Source of the DNA: Candidatus Undinarchaeales archaeon
GTDB lineage: Archaea > SpSt-1190 > JASMDC01
Direction of reading: 5' to 3'
DNA length: 64,000 nt
NCBI GenBank assembly: GCA_030753015.1
Contig: JASMDC010000001.1
Location: forward strand, 32,001-96,000
The notes under the pieces are model-generated. The model saw only the letters and a program-made list of their open reading frames with translations, had not been told where the DNA came from and made no database searches. The first letter of the stretch is position 1. Each line of letters begins with the position of its first letter. A program made the position numbers and the translations under genes. Positions 1 to 11,700 of the stretch are shown here, one piece after another.

Positions 1-440
1 CAGGTGTCAAGCACCTCCTGGTTGTTCTCCACGTAGAGTTGCATCCAGCCGGTGTCCCTGGCGGAGATGCTGTCCTGGTGGTCGGACCAGATTGCCCATG
101 GCGGGCCCATGGAGCGGTTGACCATGCCCATGACTATGGGCAGCCTGGCGTGGGCGGCCCAGTGGAGCATCTCGTGCATGTACGCAAGGCCGTGGGACGA
201 GGTGGCGGTGAACACCCGCACCCCGCCAAAGGAGGCTCCGATGGAAGCCGCCATGGCCGAGTGCTCGCTCTCGACGCGGATGAACTCGCAGTCCATCTTC
301 CCGTCGGCCACGAACTCCGAGATGTGCTCCACGATCTGTGTCTGGGGCGTGATGGGGTAGGCGGCCACCACGTCGGCCCGCGCCATACGGGCGCCGTGGG
401 CGGTGGCCATGTTACCTGTAACGAATTCCCGAGTGGTCAT
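1..440 (-). CDS. porA: Pyruvate/2-oxoacid:ferredoxin oxidoreductase alpha subunit (runs off the window's left edge)
   Basis: Not in the ORF track. Manual translation from ATG at 440 gives [34 protein letters not shown]...ESEHSAM...FTATSSHGL, typical PorA motifs. It overlaps the stop of the delta subunit. Confidence 0.9.
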   Translation of the reverse strand, partial: MTTREFVTGNMATAHGARMARADVVAAYPITPQTQIVEHISEFVADGKMDCEFIRVESEHSAMAASIGASFGGVRVFTATSSHGLAYMHEMLHWAAHARLPIVMGMVNRSMGPPWAIWSDHQDSISARDTGWMQLYVENNQEVLDT

Positions 441-709
441 AGTGTCTCCCTCCGCATGGTGATGGCCGCAACGGGGCACTCCTCGGCGCACACGCCACAG
501 CCTTTACAATAATCCATGTCGATGGTGATTGTCTTGGGCTCGATGCAGCCCTCGGGGCAGAACGTGACGCACAGGCCACAGGAGTTGCACTTCTCGTCGT
601 TCTTCTCCGGCCGTTCGGTGCGCCAGTCGCCAGTGTGGCCCATGGCCCCCTTCTGGGGCACGGACATGCCACATATGGGCACCCCACGCTTCAGCTTCAC
701 TGTGGTCAT
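437..709 (-). CDS. porD: 2-oxoacid:ferredoxin oxidoreductase delta subunit (2x[4Fe-4S])
   Basis: TGDWRTERP plus two CxxCxxCxxxCP motifs; lies between the gamma and alpha subunits. Confidence 0.9.
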   Translation of the reverse strand: MTTVKLKRGVPICGMSVPQKGAMGHTGDWRTERPEKNDEKCNSCGLCVTFCPEGCIEPKTITIDMDYCKGCGVCAEECPVAAITMRRETL

Positions 710-1245
710 ACCTTCGCCTCCTTATAGGCGCGGGTGACGGCCCGCACGTTATTCTCGGCGATTTTCCCGTCGAAGACCTTCTTGATCGCCTTCACCAGGG
801 ACTCGAGCTTCACGATACCGGTGGCCTTGCTCAGGGCACCGAGGATGGGCGTGTTGACGATAGGCCGCCCAAGCTCCTCTTGGGCGATGGTGCGCGCGTC
901 CACCGTCGCGACCTTCGTCCCTGTGGGAAGATCCAGCTCCTTCGCGGAGCGCTCGGTATTGACGACGACGATGCCCCCGGACTTGAGGCCGGAGGTGACA
1001 TCGAGGACCTTCAGCAGGGGGGGATCGAGCACGACGACGCAGTCGGGTTCGTGGATCTGCGTGTGGATGCGGATCTCCGCATCATCGATCCGGGTGAAAG
1101 CCACCACGGGCGCGCCCCTCCGTTCGCAGCCGAAATGTGGGAACGCCTGGGTATGGTTGTCCTCCAGAAAAGCTGCATGTGCCAGCAGCTTGGCCGCCGT
1201 AACGGAGCCCTGGCCGCCCCGGCCATGGAACCGTACCTCGTACAT
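706..1245 (-). CDS. porG: 2-oxoacid:ferredoxin oxidoreductase gamma subunit
   Basis: [23 protein letters not shown] and VNTPILGA motifs; ATG at 1245. Confidence 0.92.
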   Translation of the reverse strand: MYEVRFHGRGGQGSVTAAKLLAHAAFLEDNHTQAFPHFGCERRGAPVVAFTRIDDAEIRIHTQIHEPDCVVVLDPPLLKVLDVTSGLKSGGIVVVNTERSAKELDLPTGTKVATVDARTIAQEELGRPIVNTPILGALSKATGIVKLESLVKAIKKVFDGKIAENNVRAVTRAYKEAKV

Positions 1246-1246
1246 C

Positions 1247-3277
1247 TCAGAGCACCTTGGCCCCTGCGTCCAGCTCCTTATCGATTGTGAGGAGGCCAAC
1301 GTCCTCGCCCACCTCTGCCGCCAGAAGCATACCATTCGATATGATGCCGCGAATCTTTGCGGGCTTGAGGTTGATCAGGACAACGATCCGCCGTCCGGGC
1401 AGGTCCTCGGCCTTGTACTGGTCGGCGATGCCCGCTACGAGCGTGCGCGGCTCCTCCTCGCCCACGTCCACCGTGAGCTTAAGGAGTTTCTTGGTGCCCT
1501 CCACCTGCTCGGCCGTCTTGATGACGGCCACACGGAGGTCGATCTTCTCGAACTCATCGAACGTAATCATCGGTTTTCCACCTTCTTTCTTCTTTGTTTC
1601 CTTCACGACCGACTTCGACTTCGCGGCCTTTTTCTTCTTATTCTCGTCCTCGATCTTTACGAAGAGTGGTGTGGGCTCGGGCACCGCGGTACCGGCCTCG
1701 ACAGTGACCACTTCGTCCCATGCCCGCTCCTCGGCCAGCCCCTCGCTCCCGACGGCCTCCCACATTAGCTGGGCGGACCGTGGGATGAACGGCGAGCTGA
1801 CTACCGCAAGCGCACCGACGACCTGGGCACAGAGGTTGATAGCCGTGCCCGCAGCGACAGGGTCGGTCTTCATCGTCTTCCAAGGCGCTCGGTCGTTGAA
1901 GAAACGGTTGCCCTCCTTGGCCAGCATGATTACCTCGTGGAGGGCGCCCTTCAGGTCATAGACGTCCATGCGCGCGTCGATCTTCTGCCGTGCCTTCTCG
2001 ATGGTGGCTAAAAGCTCCTGGTCCGCTTCGGCTAGAGGACCCCGTTCCGGGATCTTTCCACCGAAGAACCGGTGGGTGAACGTGAGAGTTCGGTGGACGA
2101 AGTTGCCCATGATGTCGGCGAGCTCGTCATTGATCCGTCGCTTGAGCTCGGCCATGGAGAAGTCCGTGTCCCGGGTCTGGGGTGCGTTGGCGAGCAGAGC
2201 GTACCGCCAGTAATCGACGGGATATATGTCCAGGGCCTGGTCGATCCATATGCCCACGCCACGGCTCTTGGAGAACTTCTGCCCCTCGAAGTTTAGGTAC
2301 TCGAAGCTGGCGATGTAGTGGGGGAGGTTGAAGTCCTCGCGCATACCGATGAGCATGCCGGGCCAGATGATGGTGTGGAAGGGCACGTTATCCTTCCCGA
2401 GGAAATGGATGAGCTTGGCCTCATCGTTGTACCAGTACTTCTTCCACTCGTCCGTTCTGCCCTCGTTCTCACACCACTCGATGGTGGAGGATATGTAGCC
2501 GATGGGAGCGTCGAACCATACGTAGATGACCTTGCCCTCGGCATCCTCCAGGGGAACGGGGACGCCCCACTCTATGTCCCGGGTGATGGCCCGGGGCTTG
2601 AGCCCCTCCTTGATCCATGCCAAGGGGAAGTTCCGGGCGTTGGCGGGCCAGTCGGTCTTGGCCTCCAGCCATGTTTTCAGCTCGGGTGCGAGCTTGGGGA
2701 GGTCGAGGAACCAGTGGGCTGTGATCCGCCACTCGGGTTTCGTGTGACAGGTGACGCAGTACGGTTCCTCCAGGTCCTCGGGATCGTGGACGGTCTGGCA
2801 GGCATCGCACTGGTCGCCCCGAGCGCCCTCGGCGCCACAGTTGGGGCATATGCCCTCCACGTACCGGTCCGGCAGGAAATGCTCGCACGTGGGGCAGAAC
2901 GGGAGGTTCATGTCCTCCTTGTGGATATAGCCGTTCTCGTGCAGCTTTGTGAAGAAGTGTGTGGTCATCTCGTAGTGGATCGGCTTGGTGGTCCGTGAGA
3001 AGTTATCGAACTTGATGTCGAACCGCTCGAAGCAGTCCTTGATGATGGCGTAGTACTTGTCAGCGAGCTCCCGCGGTGTTACACCCTCCTTCCTGGCCGA
3101 CACGGTGATGGGCGTCCCGTGCTCGTCGGTCCCGCAGATGTAGATGACCTCCTTGCCCTTCATCCTCAGCCAGCGGGAGTAGACGTCGGCCGGGAGGACC
3201 GATCCTATGAGGTTCCCCAGGTGAGGGATGTTGTTGACGTACGGCAGCGCCGAGGTCACGATGTAGCGTTCAGCCAT
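1247..3277 (-). CDS. metG: Methionyl-tRNA synthetase with C-terminal tRNA-binding (OB/Trbp111-like) domain
   Basis: [21 protein letters not shown], zinc knuckles, KFSKS, and C-terminal [13 protein letters not shown]...SNGMLLA. Confidence 0.97.
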   Translation of the reverse strand: MAERYIVTSALPYVNNIPHLGNLIGSVLPADVYSRWLRMKGKEVIYICGTDEHGTPITVSARKEGVTPRELADKYYAIIKDCFERFDIKFDNFSRTTKPIHYEMTTHFFTKLHENGYIHKEDMNLPFCPTCEHFLPDRYVEGICPNCGAEGARGDQCDACQTVHDPEDLEEPYCVTCHTKPEWRITAHWFLDLPKLAPELKTWLEAKTDWPANARNFPLAWIKEGLKPRAITRDIEWGVPVPLEDAEGKVIYVWFDAPIGYISSTIEWCENEGRTDEWKKYWYNDEAKLIHFLGKDNVPFHTIIWPGMLIGMREDFNLPHYIASFEYLNFEGQKFSKSRGVGIWIDQALDIYPVDYWRYALLANAPQTRDTDFSMAELKRRINDELADIMGNFVHRTLTFTHRFFGGKIPERGPLAEADQELLATIEKARQKIDARMDVYDLKGALHEVIMLAKEGNRFFNDRAPWKTMKTDPVAAGTAINLCAQVVGALAVVSSPFIPRSAQLMWEAVGSEGLAEERAWDEVVTVEAGTAVPEPTPLFVKIEDENKKKKAAKSKSVVKETKKKEGGKPMITFDEFEKIDLRVAVIKTAEQVEGTKKLLKLTVDVGEEEPRTLVAGIADQYKAEDLPGRRIVVLINLKPAKIRGIISNGMLLAAEVGEDVGLLTIDKELDAGAKVL

Positions 3278-3466
3278 GGCCGTCCCTGTGGTTGCAGTCG
3301 GGGTAGATTTTAATAGGTTCCCCCGGAGGCCGGCGGATGCCGCCGCGTGGTGCCGTGCCGCATCCTCACATGCTTCCCTGCCGGTCAAGCCCCCGGAGTT
3401 CACCCTCTCGCGGCGTCCAACATCTTTTTAACTTTCCGGGCACTTAGTGTCTACTGGAGACCCGTG

Positions 3467-4585
3467 ATGCTCGAGGGGGAGATACGCGCGCTCGCCCAAC
3501 GTCTCAAGGGCGAGGCCGCACAGCGCAAGGACCTGGCGCATTCGCTGCGACAGGTGCACCGGGAGGTATCCATCACCGAGGTCGACGAGCACGGTGATAC
3601 TGTCATCGACGACCGGCTCATCGAGCGGGTGCAGGGGGACGCGGCCCACACCACCATCGCCGGGATCGACGGAGGGCTCCTGACCCGCGAGTGCCACGGT
3701 ATCGACATAATCATGACCCGGGCCGTGGGGGTCCGGTTCGGGTACACTGACGGCCGGATCGATCAGTGCGACTATCTGCCTGCTCCGATCGTGACGCCCA
3801 CGATCACCGTGGTGACCGAGCCCCTCTCAGAGAGCGACCTCCGGCTCCGGGCCGGGATGGAGCGCCAGATGGCCGAGCTGGCCACGGCCGCCCGGATGGC
3901 GCGCACACACGCCCCGGACCTCCTGCTCATGGACGGTTCCGTGGCGCCCCACCCTTCCCTCCAACCCCCGGCCGACTCGACAATGAAGGACATGTACCAC
4001 GCCCTCATGGACCGGTACGTGGACCTCTACAAGGCCTGTGAGCGCGCAGGCAGCCAGCTCGCGGGGGTGGTGGAGGACTCCCGGGGGACCCGGTTCTCGA
4101 TGGTGCTGGCGGACAGGATCGTCCCCAACCTGGACCCAGGGACCGTGAACGCCGACGCGGGCGACATGCTGCGCAGGAGCAGGGACACGCCCCTCCTCAC
4201 CCACCTCATGGAACAGCGGGAGCGGACCTTCGTGTTCAAGTACTCGCGACGCGCCTACGACCATCCCATGCTCCGGGACCTAGGCACGTGGGGCGAGCGG
4301 GTGCACTCGTTCTATCTCCGGACCGCGGCCCTCGACAGACCGGTCCGGGTGGACTTCCTTGTCTCGGCAGGGAACATCAGCAAGCAGGCCGACGCACTGG
4401 CCGCCACGCTCCTGGCGATCTCGGGACACCACGACCTCTACGGCATCCCCACGGTGCTCATCGAGGCCGATGGCCGGGCCAAGCTCTCCCAGGACGATAT
4501 CGAGATGGTCCACGCGCTCATCGCCGATATGATGGGCGGGCCGCCGGGATCGATGGACCTTCGACGGCATGGGAGGCCGTTCTAG
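3467..4585 (+). CDS. nurA: NurA 5'-3' nuclease
   Basis: IAGIDGG, ERQMAE, LLLMDGS, YGIPTVLIEAD motifs; herA is 2 kb downstream; TTTTTAA box upstream. Confidence 0.88.
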   Translation: MLEGEIRALAQRLKGEAAQRKDLAHSLRQVHREVSITEVDEHGDTVIDDRLIERVQGDAAHTTIAGIDGGLLTRECHGIDIIMTRAVGVRFGYTDGRIDQCDYLPAPIVTPTITVVTEPLSESDLRLRAGMERQMAELATAARMARTHAPDLLLMDGSVAPHPSLQPPADSTMKDMYHALMDRYVDLYKACERAGSQLAGVVEDSRGTRFSMVLADRIVPNLDPGTVNADAGDMLRRSRDTPLLTHLMEQRERTFVFKYSRRAYDHPMLRDLGTWGERVHSFYLRTAALDRPVRVDFLVSAGNISKQADALAATLLAISGHHDLYGIPTVLIEADGRAKLSQDDIEMVHALIADMMGGPPGSMDLRRHGRPF

Positions 4586-4586
4586 G

Positions 4587-5807
4587 ATGGCCCGGCGCAC
4601 GACGCTCATGGTCCTTGCCTTCGTGGCTATACTGGCGGTCGGCCTCCCCCCTTCCCCAGCCATGAACGTGGACGTGACGCTCGAGCCCCCCGGAGTGGAG
4701 CGTGGCCAGACGACCGTCCTGAGGTTCACGCTGGTCAACAACCTGCGCATGCCCCGTAACGCCACGGTCGCCATCGGGCTTCCGGAGGGCGTAGCCCTGG
4801 TCAATGCCACAGTCCCACTGGGATCCGGTCTACCGCTCGTTCACGAGGCGGTGCTTGGAGCACATGAGGTCATCACAGGGGATCTTTTGCTTAGGGTGGA
4901 CGCGAACGGGCCGCGGACCGTCGCGTTCGCAGTGTCGTTCCCCGCTGGAGGCGAGGGTTCCCCGATCATCACTCTCGAGCGCGAGCTGGGGATCCTTGTC
5001 CTCGACCAGCTCCCGGTCATCCCATCGGTGACCTTCGACGATGTTCCAGCCACCGCTCCGGACGCTCCTGCGATGCTCAGGCTCCTGGGAGCTAACGCTG
5101 ATACAGAGATCGCTGTGGAGGTGATGGCGTCGTGCGAGCTCCCGGCCGGGCTCGGACCTCCGGGCGACGCGCCCAGCACGCACCTGACCGTCGGACCACT
5201 TACCATCGGTCCGAACGGGACCGTGGAGCACGAGGTTGCCCTCGTTTCAGTGCGCACCGGTGAACGGTGGCTCTCCTGCCAGACGGCCTTCCGCCCCACA
5301 GGTACCGACGACTGGATCCCCATAGAGGAGGGGGTGCCGGTAGCGCTCCACTTCCCCCAGTTCAGCCCGCGAGCATCGACGCCCGATGAAGTGGGCCCCG
5401 ATCCCGCCGTCAAGTCCACGATGCTCAAGGACGTGGCAGTGCTCCGTACAAGGACCGAAGTGGCCTTCTTCAACGGCCTGCTCACCGACGAGCAGGTGGC
5501 CGGAATGATCGCCTCCCTGGAGGAGGGGCGGACGATGGTGGAGCAGGGTTCCATGGACCGGGCCGCGGAGCGAGTGAAGGTCGTGAACGCGACATTGGAG
5601 AACGTCGCACGCCAGCGGCTCCAGGGCAGGGTACGCGCTGCTCTCGCCGTGATAGTTGTGCTGCTCGCCCTCATCGGCACGTCGTTCATCCTGCACAACA
5701 AGCCCGAGCGGGGCCGCTGCTCCTACTGTGGCCATGTCCTGGGCGTGAACGGGAGCTGTACCTACTGCTCTGATAGATACTCACGGGCGCCGGAGCGACC
5801 CATCTAG
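4587..5807 (+). CDS. Hypothetical membrane-anchored surface protein (signal peptide, beta-rich domains, C-terminal TM helix, cytoplasmic CxxC..CxxC zinc ribbon)
   Basis: N-terminal hydrophobic helix, C-terminal ALAVIVVLLALIG, then CSYCG...CTYC. Confidence 0.7.
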   Translation: MARRTTLMVLAFVAILAVGLPPSPAMNVDVTLEPPGVERGQTTVLRFTLVNNLRMPRNATVAIGLPEGVALVNATVPLGSGLPLVHEAVLGAHEVITGDLLLRVDANGPRTVAFAVSFPAGGEGSPIITLERELGILVLDQLPVIPSVTFDDVPATAPDAPAMLRLLGANADTEIAVEVMASCELPAGLGPPGDAPSTHLTVGPLTIGPNGTVEHEVALVSVRTGERWLSCQTAFRPTGTDDWIPIEEGVPVALHFPQFSPRASTPDEVGPDPAVKSTMLKDVAVLRTRTEVAFFNGLLTDEQVAGMIASLEEGRTMVEQGSMDRAAERVKVVNATLENVARQRLQGRVRAALAVIVVLLALIGTSFILHNKPERGRCSYCGHVLGVNGSCTYCSDRYSRAPERPI

Positions 5808-5812
5808 GTCCT

Positions 5813-6631
5813 CTATCGGGTGACCGCCTGAACGAGCTCGGCGGCCAGCTTCTCCTCCTCCTGAGGGGAGAGCCTGACCTCTTCGGGGGTGACCTTCAGG
5901 TACTTGGCGACGCCGGCATAGATGCCCGGCAGGGACCGGAGCACGCGCTCGCGGGTGATGCCGCTGGCGGGACCGAGGGTGCCCTTCTGCACCAGGTTCG
6001 CGAGGAACCGGCCGACGAGCTGGTACTTGTCCTGCGGCAGCCCCTCACCGGACCGTCGTTTGGAGCGCATGACCTTCTCGGGCGAGATGCGGGTAGCGTT
6101 GGCCCACACGCCCATAGTCTGCTCCATCTTGTCGAGCACACCATCGATGCGCTCGAGCACATCGTCGGTTGCCTTCCGCTCACCGGCTCCCGGTCGGGGC
6201 GGTGCCCCCGGTCTCTGTTGAGCTGCCATCGTCGCCGGACGGACGCGGGGTGCCGGGCCCGCGACGGTGGTGCGGACCTGGGCAGTCGGTTTCACAGCGG
6301 GTTGGCCCTTGAGCTCCTTGAAAGCGCTGGACCGCTCCAAGGCGGTGATATGGTCCTCGAGCAGTCCGATGTCGTGCTCAAGGATCCGGGACTCGTCGAC
6401 GGTGATGGGGACCGATGCCTCCTCCTCGACCTCCTCGAAGCGGTGCTCGAGCTCACGGATGCGGCGCTCTTCGCCCTTCCACCCTTTGATACGGTCGATG
6501 TTCCCTTCCATCCAGTTGTGGAGGCGGGCCTTGTCCCGGTCGATGCGCTCGACGATCTCGCGGCTAGGACCCTCAGGTGGTGTGGTCTTCTTCATTACCT
6601 TCCGGATGACACGTCGTCCTACTGTCGGCAT
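5813..6631 (-). CDS. Hypothetical protein with coiled-coil and Pro/Ala-rich linker
   Basis: Long ORF with host-like codon usage, divergent from herA. Confidence 0.65.
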   Translation of the reverse strand: MPTVGRRVIRKVMKKTTPPEGPSREIVERIDRDKARLHNWMEGNIDRIKGWKGEERRIRELEHRFEEVEEEASVPITVDESRILEHDIGLLEDHITALERSSAFKELKGQPAVKPTAQVRTTVAGPAPRVRPATMAAQQRPGAPPRPGAGERKATDDVLERIDGVLDKMEQTMGVWANATRISPEKVMRSKRRSGEGLPQDKYQLVGRFLANLVQKGTLGPASGITRERVLRSLPGIYAGVAKYLKVTPEEVRLSPQEEEKLAAELVQAVTR

Positions 6632-6702
6632 TGTAAGGCCCCGTCTTAACTGGAACAGTTGTGAGTAAATCTTTTTATTTAAAGGTGCGGTGGAAGTCAC
6701 CG

Positions 6703-8220
6703 ATGGACGAGATAGGTACCGTGATCTCTTCGCTGGAAGGGCCATCCCCCACTCGGTTCTCGTTCGTGGTACGGGAGGGCAGCGAGCCCATGCCCGTACG
6801 CAAGGACCAGTTCGTCAAGGTCGATTGTGAGGAGGGAACCCTCATCGCACGGGTCGTGGACCTGCGCAAGACGAACCGCTACTTCGCCAGGGCCGAGTCA
6901 GTCAAAGAGTACGAGCGCGGCGGTTCCACGCTGAGCGCCCTTTTCCCCACCGACCGGTGGGAGTTCCTGGTCGGCGACGCCGTCCCACTGGGTGTGCTCC
7001 GCGAAGGTGTCCAGCGCCCGTCGTTCCCCCCGTCGCCAGGCAGTAAGGTGACCTTGGCCGACAGCGAGACCCTGCGGACCTTTCTGGGCATCGAGACCGA
7101 CGGGATCCATATTGGGAGTGTGGCCCATCACGACCTGGACGCGCGGCTCAACCTCACCCGCCTCTTCCAGAAGCACATTGCCATCCTCGCGCTCTCGGGT
7201 GCTGGGAAATCCTATCTCACGACCGTGCTCATGGAGGAGCTGCTGTCGCGGCCCGCGGGCAAGGGCCGCGTAGCACTTGTGGTGCTCGACAGCCACGGGG
7301 AGTATACTTCCCTGGGCCAAGCAGACGATCCGGTGGGAGCTGGCAAGGTCACGGTGGTCGGCGGGGACGACTACCGCATCGCCGTGCCCAAGCTATCCGC
7401 CTTCGGCATCGCAGAGTACATCCCCAGGATGTCGTCCGCCCAGCGGCGGGAACTGTCGCGGGTCATCGCACGGGCGCGGGAGGAGAAGCGTGGCAAGTAC
7501 GACCTGGCCGACCTAATCGAGCTGGTGAGGACCGACGAGACCATCCACGAGAACATCGTGCCCGCACTCGTCGGCTGGCTCAACGACCTGAACGCCACCG
7601 GGCTTTTCGCCAAGAAGGACCGGCCCAGCCTCAAGCGTCTGGTCAAGCCGGGAAAGGCCGTCATCCTAGACCTCTCGCCGCTCACCAACCTTAGGGCCAA
7701 GCAGATCATCGTCACCCACGTATCGCGGACCATCTTCAAGCTCCGGCAGCGGGGCGAAGTGTGCCCCTACGTGCAGGTGGTCGAGGAGGCGCATAACTAC
7801 GTGCCCGAGGGCGAGGCGCGGGAGTGGGCGCTGTCCCGTTCCATTATCCAGAAGATCGCCCGGGAGGGGCGGAAGTTCTACGCCGGCCTCTGCCTCATCA
7901 GCCAACGACCCATCCAGCTATCCACCACTGCTCTCTCCCAGTGCAACACCCACATAATCCTCAGGGTCACCAATCCCTATGACCTCGACCACATCGGCCG
8001 CTCCAGCGAGGGCATCTCACGCGAGGTCCTGAACACCATCTCGAGCCTGCGGGTGGGCGAAGCGCTCGTCGTGGGCGCGGCGGTGAACTACCCGGCCTTC
8101 ATCAAGGTCCGCCGCCGCCGGTCCAGCGAGCCGTCCCACGCGCGGGGGCTGGAGGACGCGGCCAGCGACTACGAGAACGGTGTCGAGATCTCGGAACGCG
8201 ACGTGGACGCGTTCATGTAG
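6703..8220 (+). CDS. herA: HerA DNA helicase/ATPase
   Basis: N-terminal HAS-barrel-like region, Walker A ALSGAGKS, LDSHGEY, VEEAHNY, IAREGRKF, SQRP. Confidence 0.9.
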   Translation: MDEIGTVISSLEGPSPTRFSFVVREGSEPMPVRKDQFVKVDCEEGTLIARVVDLRKTNRYFARAESVKEYERGGSTLSALFPTDRWEFLVGDAVPLGVLREGVQRPSFPPSPGSKVTLADSETLRTFLGIETDGIHIGSVAHHDLDARLNLTRLFQKHIAILALSGAGKSYLTTVLMEELLSRPAGKGRVALVVLDSHGEYTSLGQADDPVGAGKVTVVGGDDYRIAVPKLSAFGIAEYIPRMSSAQRRELSRVIARAREEKRGKYDLADLIELVRTDETIHENIVPALVGWLNDLNATGLFAKKDRPSLKRLVKPGKAVILDLSPLTNLRAKQIIVTHVSRTIFKLRQRGEVCPYVQVVEEAHNYVPEGEAREWALSRSIIQKIAREGRKFYAGLCLISQRPIQLSTTALSQCNTHIILRVTNPYDLDHIGRSSEGISREVLNTISSLRVGEALVVGAAVNYPAFIKVRRRRSSEPSHARGLEDAASDYENGVEISERDVDAFM

Positions 8221-8224
8221 GGAT

Positions 8225-11200
8225 TCAGTCCCCTCTCCTGACGTGAACGCCCTCTATCCGGACGGGATATGTCGCGCTCACGTTCAATGCATCGATCCCC
8301 TCCGTCATCCATGACCATTGGGTGCTCAGGCGGATGAGATAATCGTTGTATGTATCGGACGGGCCGACGTTGAACGAGAACCGGGACCCCATCGTTCCGT
8401 ACCGCACGATCACGGTCGCAGCATCGTCCGCCCTCGCCCGGATGTGGAGGTAGTTGCCGGACCGTTTATCGATGGCGGGGTCCACGGGCAGCGTGATGCC
8501 CTGCCAATCGACGACCTGCTCCTCGGGATCATCATATAGCGTGGCGATGACATCGGTCCTGTGGGCGGCATCTCGTTCATCGAACGAACCCCAGATGTAC
8601 GGCAGCTCCCTGAGGTCGAACCGCTGGGTGACCGTAGTACCAATATAATGGAACGAGCGTTTCTCGATGATCCGGGCGTCGACGACCTCGAACGTGGTGT
8701 CGGGCGGGACGTCCAGAGTAACGCTCTCGAGCTCACCGATCGTACCATCCTTGGGGAGGGGGACGGATACTTCCGTCCTCCCCTGATCATTGATGGGGAA
8801 GGGCTCGAACTTGCCGACCACGTGAGATGGGTAGCGGTGGTCGAACCTGATCAGTCCGCTGCTCTTCCTGGAGCTCACGTAGGTGAGGTTCAGGGTGCTC
8901 GATGTCCCGCGCTTTGGGCCCAGCTCGCTCGTGTTGAGCCCGTCGAGGTCGACGAAGTCCCACATCCGCAGGCAGTCCTCGCCCGTCCATGGGCATGATG
9001 TGGCACCATCGGTATCGGAAGACGCACTGGGCTCGATGATCTTCCGCGTGATAGGCAGCACGATCACAGCGGGAGTCCTCTCCTGGAACGCCGCGTCATT
9101 GGCGATCCAGAGCTCGTAGAGGTAAACACGTCCTAGGGGACGATAGTTACGATAGATGAACTCGGCGACGCGGTAACTGCGCACCTCGTTCGGAACACCG
9201 TCCACATTATCTCAGTCCATGCCTGACATCATGCACGAGGCGCCGTTCTGCTTGAACACGACGAACGGGAGCTTCCCTGCACCATACGCAGCCTCCAGCT
9301 CGTCCACGACCGAGGTCTGGATCCGTTCCGACGCCTGGGCCAGGTTATTAGGGATCGAGGTGACGATCCTCCTGTCAGCCATCACGTAGAGAAGGGGGGC
9401 GTTTGTGAAGTCGAAGAAGGTCTGCTCGGGGCTGAGGTGATGATCGAAGAACTCGACGAGGCGCCCGTACTGATCGTCATTGTCCCTCAACCTCGTCATG
9501 CCGGGTACCCAGTCATGGAAACGGAAGAGGTCGTCATCGAGCAGGATATCGATCCGCGGGAAGGCACAGATGTAAACGAGCGCCAACAGCACGAAGAACG
9601 CCTTCGCCAGATCGGCTCGTTTGATCTCGAGGTAGAACGGAAGGCACATGGCCAGGAAATAGAAGAAATAGGTACAGTATCCGACCCGGAAGAGAGTGTA
9701 GCGGATTATGGACCTGACGAAGAGGGCCGTGGAGAAGATGCTGAGGTGCAGGAGGGTCAGCTGGCGGGTCGTGAAAGGTGTTCGTTGGAAGAACCCCCTG
9801 ATGATGGCATAGCAGATATACACGACAGAGACCGAGGGGATGAGGAGGTACTGGAAGAGGATGCGCGAGATATGATGCGTCCGTGTGTCGAAGAGGGACT
9901 CCGACGTGAGGGAGCGGGCGCCCACGCTCAGGAAATCCCGATACCGTTCCAGGAGAGCGGACAGAGGGACATCACTGGTCACCAGGACGATGGCCATGTA
10001 CATCGAGGCCGTGGCCGCGAGAGCGAGGAGTAGACCACGTCCCTCGCGGACACATGGTCTTCCGGATCGGCCCGATGCCTCCGGCCGAGGAACACGTAGG
10101 CCCAGACGAGGGCGGACGACCCGAGGGAAGCGACGCACAGGTCCATCCTCCAGAAGAAGAGGAGGAACTGGTACGACCAGAAGAGCACCAGGTGGGGGAA
10201 CCTCCCGGGCCGGAGCAGCCGCGGTAGAAGGAGGATGGGAATGAGGGTGAAAAGGAGTGAGTCGTAATAGTAGGAACCGTGCATGAGGCCGAACGTCCCG
10301 TAGGCCCCCCTGATCATAGGGAGCGTCAGCACGCTGATGAACGCGAAAGTGCTCCCGGCCACGACCGAGAGGACGGCGTAGAGAATGAGCATGGCCGGTA
10401 TCATGAGGAGCCAGTTCCACAGCATGGGCTCGACGAGACGGTATCCGTTGACGAGAGAATAGACGATCTTTGGTACGGCCTCGGTCAGCCCGTGGGTGGG
10501 GAGGATGTCGATGTAGGGAACACTCCCGTAATTGAAGAGCTGGTGGGATGCGAGCATCTCTTGACCGAGGTGGTGGAGGTCGTAGCAGACATAGGACAGG
10601 ACGTGTTCGTGCCTCGCGTAGAGCGTTACTGTGGCTATGATGAGCGGGAGGTAGTACCACTCAACGATCCGGTAGCTCGTCGGACGGGTGAACGGGCGAA
10701 GGAGAGACATCAGGAAGAGGAGAACGCTCATGAGAATGAGGAGCCCGCAGGTCAACAATGCAAGGGTCTGGGGAGGGACCATCGATCTGGATGAGAGCGT
10801 GTACTGGAGCTCGTTCACGAGCGGGACCGATATCGGGATGAGCGCATACGTAATGGAGGAGAGGAGGAGGGCGTCATCGAACCGTGACCTTCCGATGGAA
10901 AGGCCCTGGAGCGCCTCGAAGATGGTGGCATAGAACAGGAAGAAGATACACACCAGGAACGGGTACGCGTACACGTGCCATGAGCTCACGGTGAATGTGC
11001 TGTTCGTCAGGATCCAGTGGACGAAGAAGAGGGGGTAGGGGAAGAGCAGCCCGTAGACGAGGACCTGACGGTCCGGGAACCACGTGTCAATGAAGGTGGC
11101 ATCGCATGTCAGTGCGATCGCCCTGGCGACGATATAGCAGTAGAGGAGGATGAGGTATACGAAGAACAGGCACATGATGTTGAAGAAGAGGACCTCCCCG

Positions 11201-11571
11201 GTCAGCAGGAAGAGGGGGAACATCGTCAGTGCGAAGAGGGATACGTCGAAGAGGAGGGCACGCAGCTCATGACCGAGCGCATTTCGTGGTTCCCGTCGAA
11301 GATGTGTGTTCACGGTCCCGAAGATCAACAGATTCCCGATGATCAGGGCTATTGACGCTCCGATGACAACGAAATAGAGGACGCCACGATAGGGGGCATC
11401 GATCCCCGAGACGACCGTGATCCCGATCGCCCTGTCCGTGAAATCCTTGAGCTCGAGCGATGTCCCGTGGAGGATGCAGTATACAACAGTAAGGCCGAGC
11501 AGGACGCTAAGAAGGTAGTCCTCGCTCTCAAGGCTCAAGCGTCTTCCTTGAATACCCCCCCTCCTTACCAC
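8225..11571 (-). pseudogene. Large multi-pass membrane protein gene (about 1100 aa) broken by one frameshift and one in-frame TGA
   Basis: The hydrophobic reading switches from ORF 9979..11571 to ORF 9212..10660 at about 10020-10030 (YSSL / LAATASMY). ORF 9212..10660 ends GMD-TGA and continues in frame as DNVDGVPNEVRSY into ORF 8225..9205. Confidence 0.7.
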
Positions 11572-11700
11572 ACGTCTTCAACCTTGTGGGAGTGCATCCT
11601 TTTCAAACGTCCGTCCCTCCAAAAGCCACTTTCACCCATCCTCATCGAAGGAGGGTAGTTTTAAATGGGTAGCCGCCCATCGCAGTCCTGGTAGTTAGAA

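Noticed and set aside
734-1768. Long antisense/shadow ORFs (also 4841..5701, 11695..12609, 54449..55762, 59265..60542)
   Set aside because: These are expected by-products of high-GC coding sequence opposite well-supported genes.
9212-9214. In-frame TGA as selenocysteine or alternative-code readthrough
   Set aside because: The same gene also has a frameshift, TGA ends many normal genes in this window, and nothing indicates a catalytic Cys at this position.
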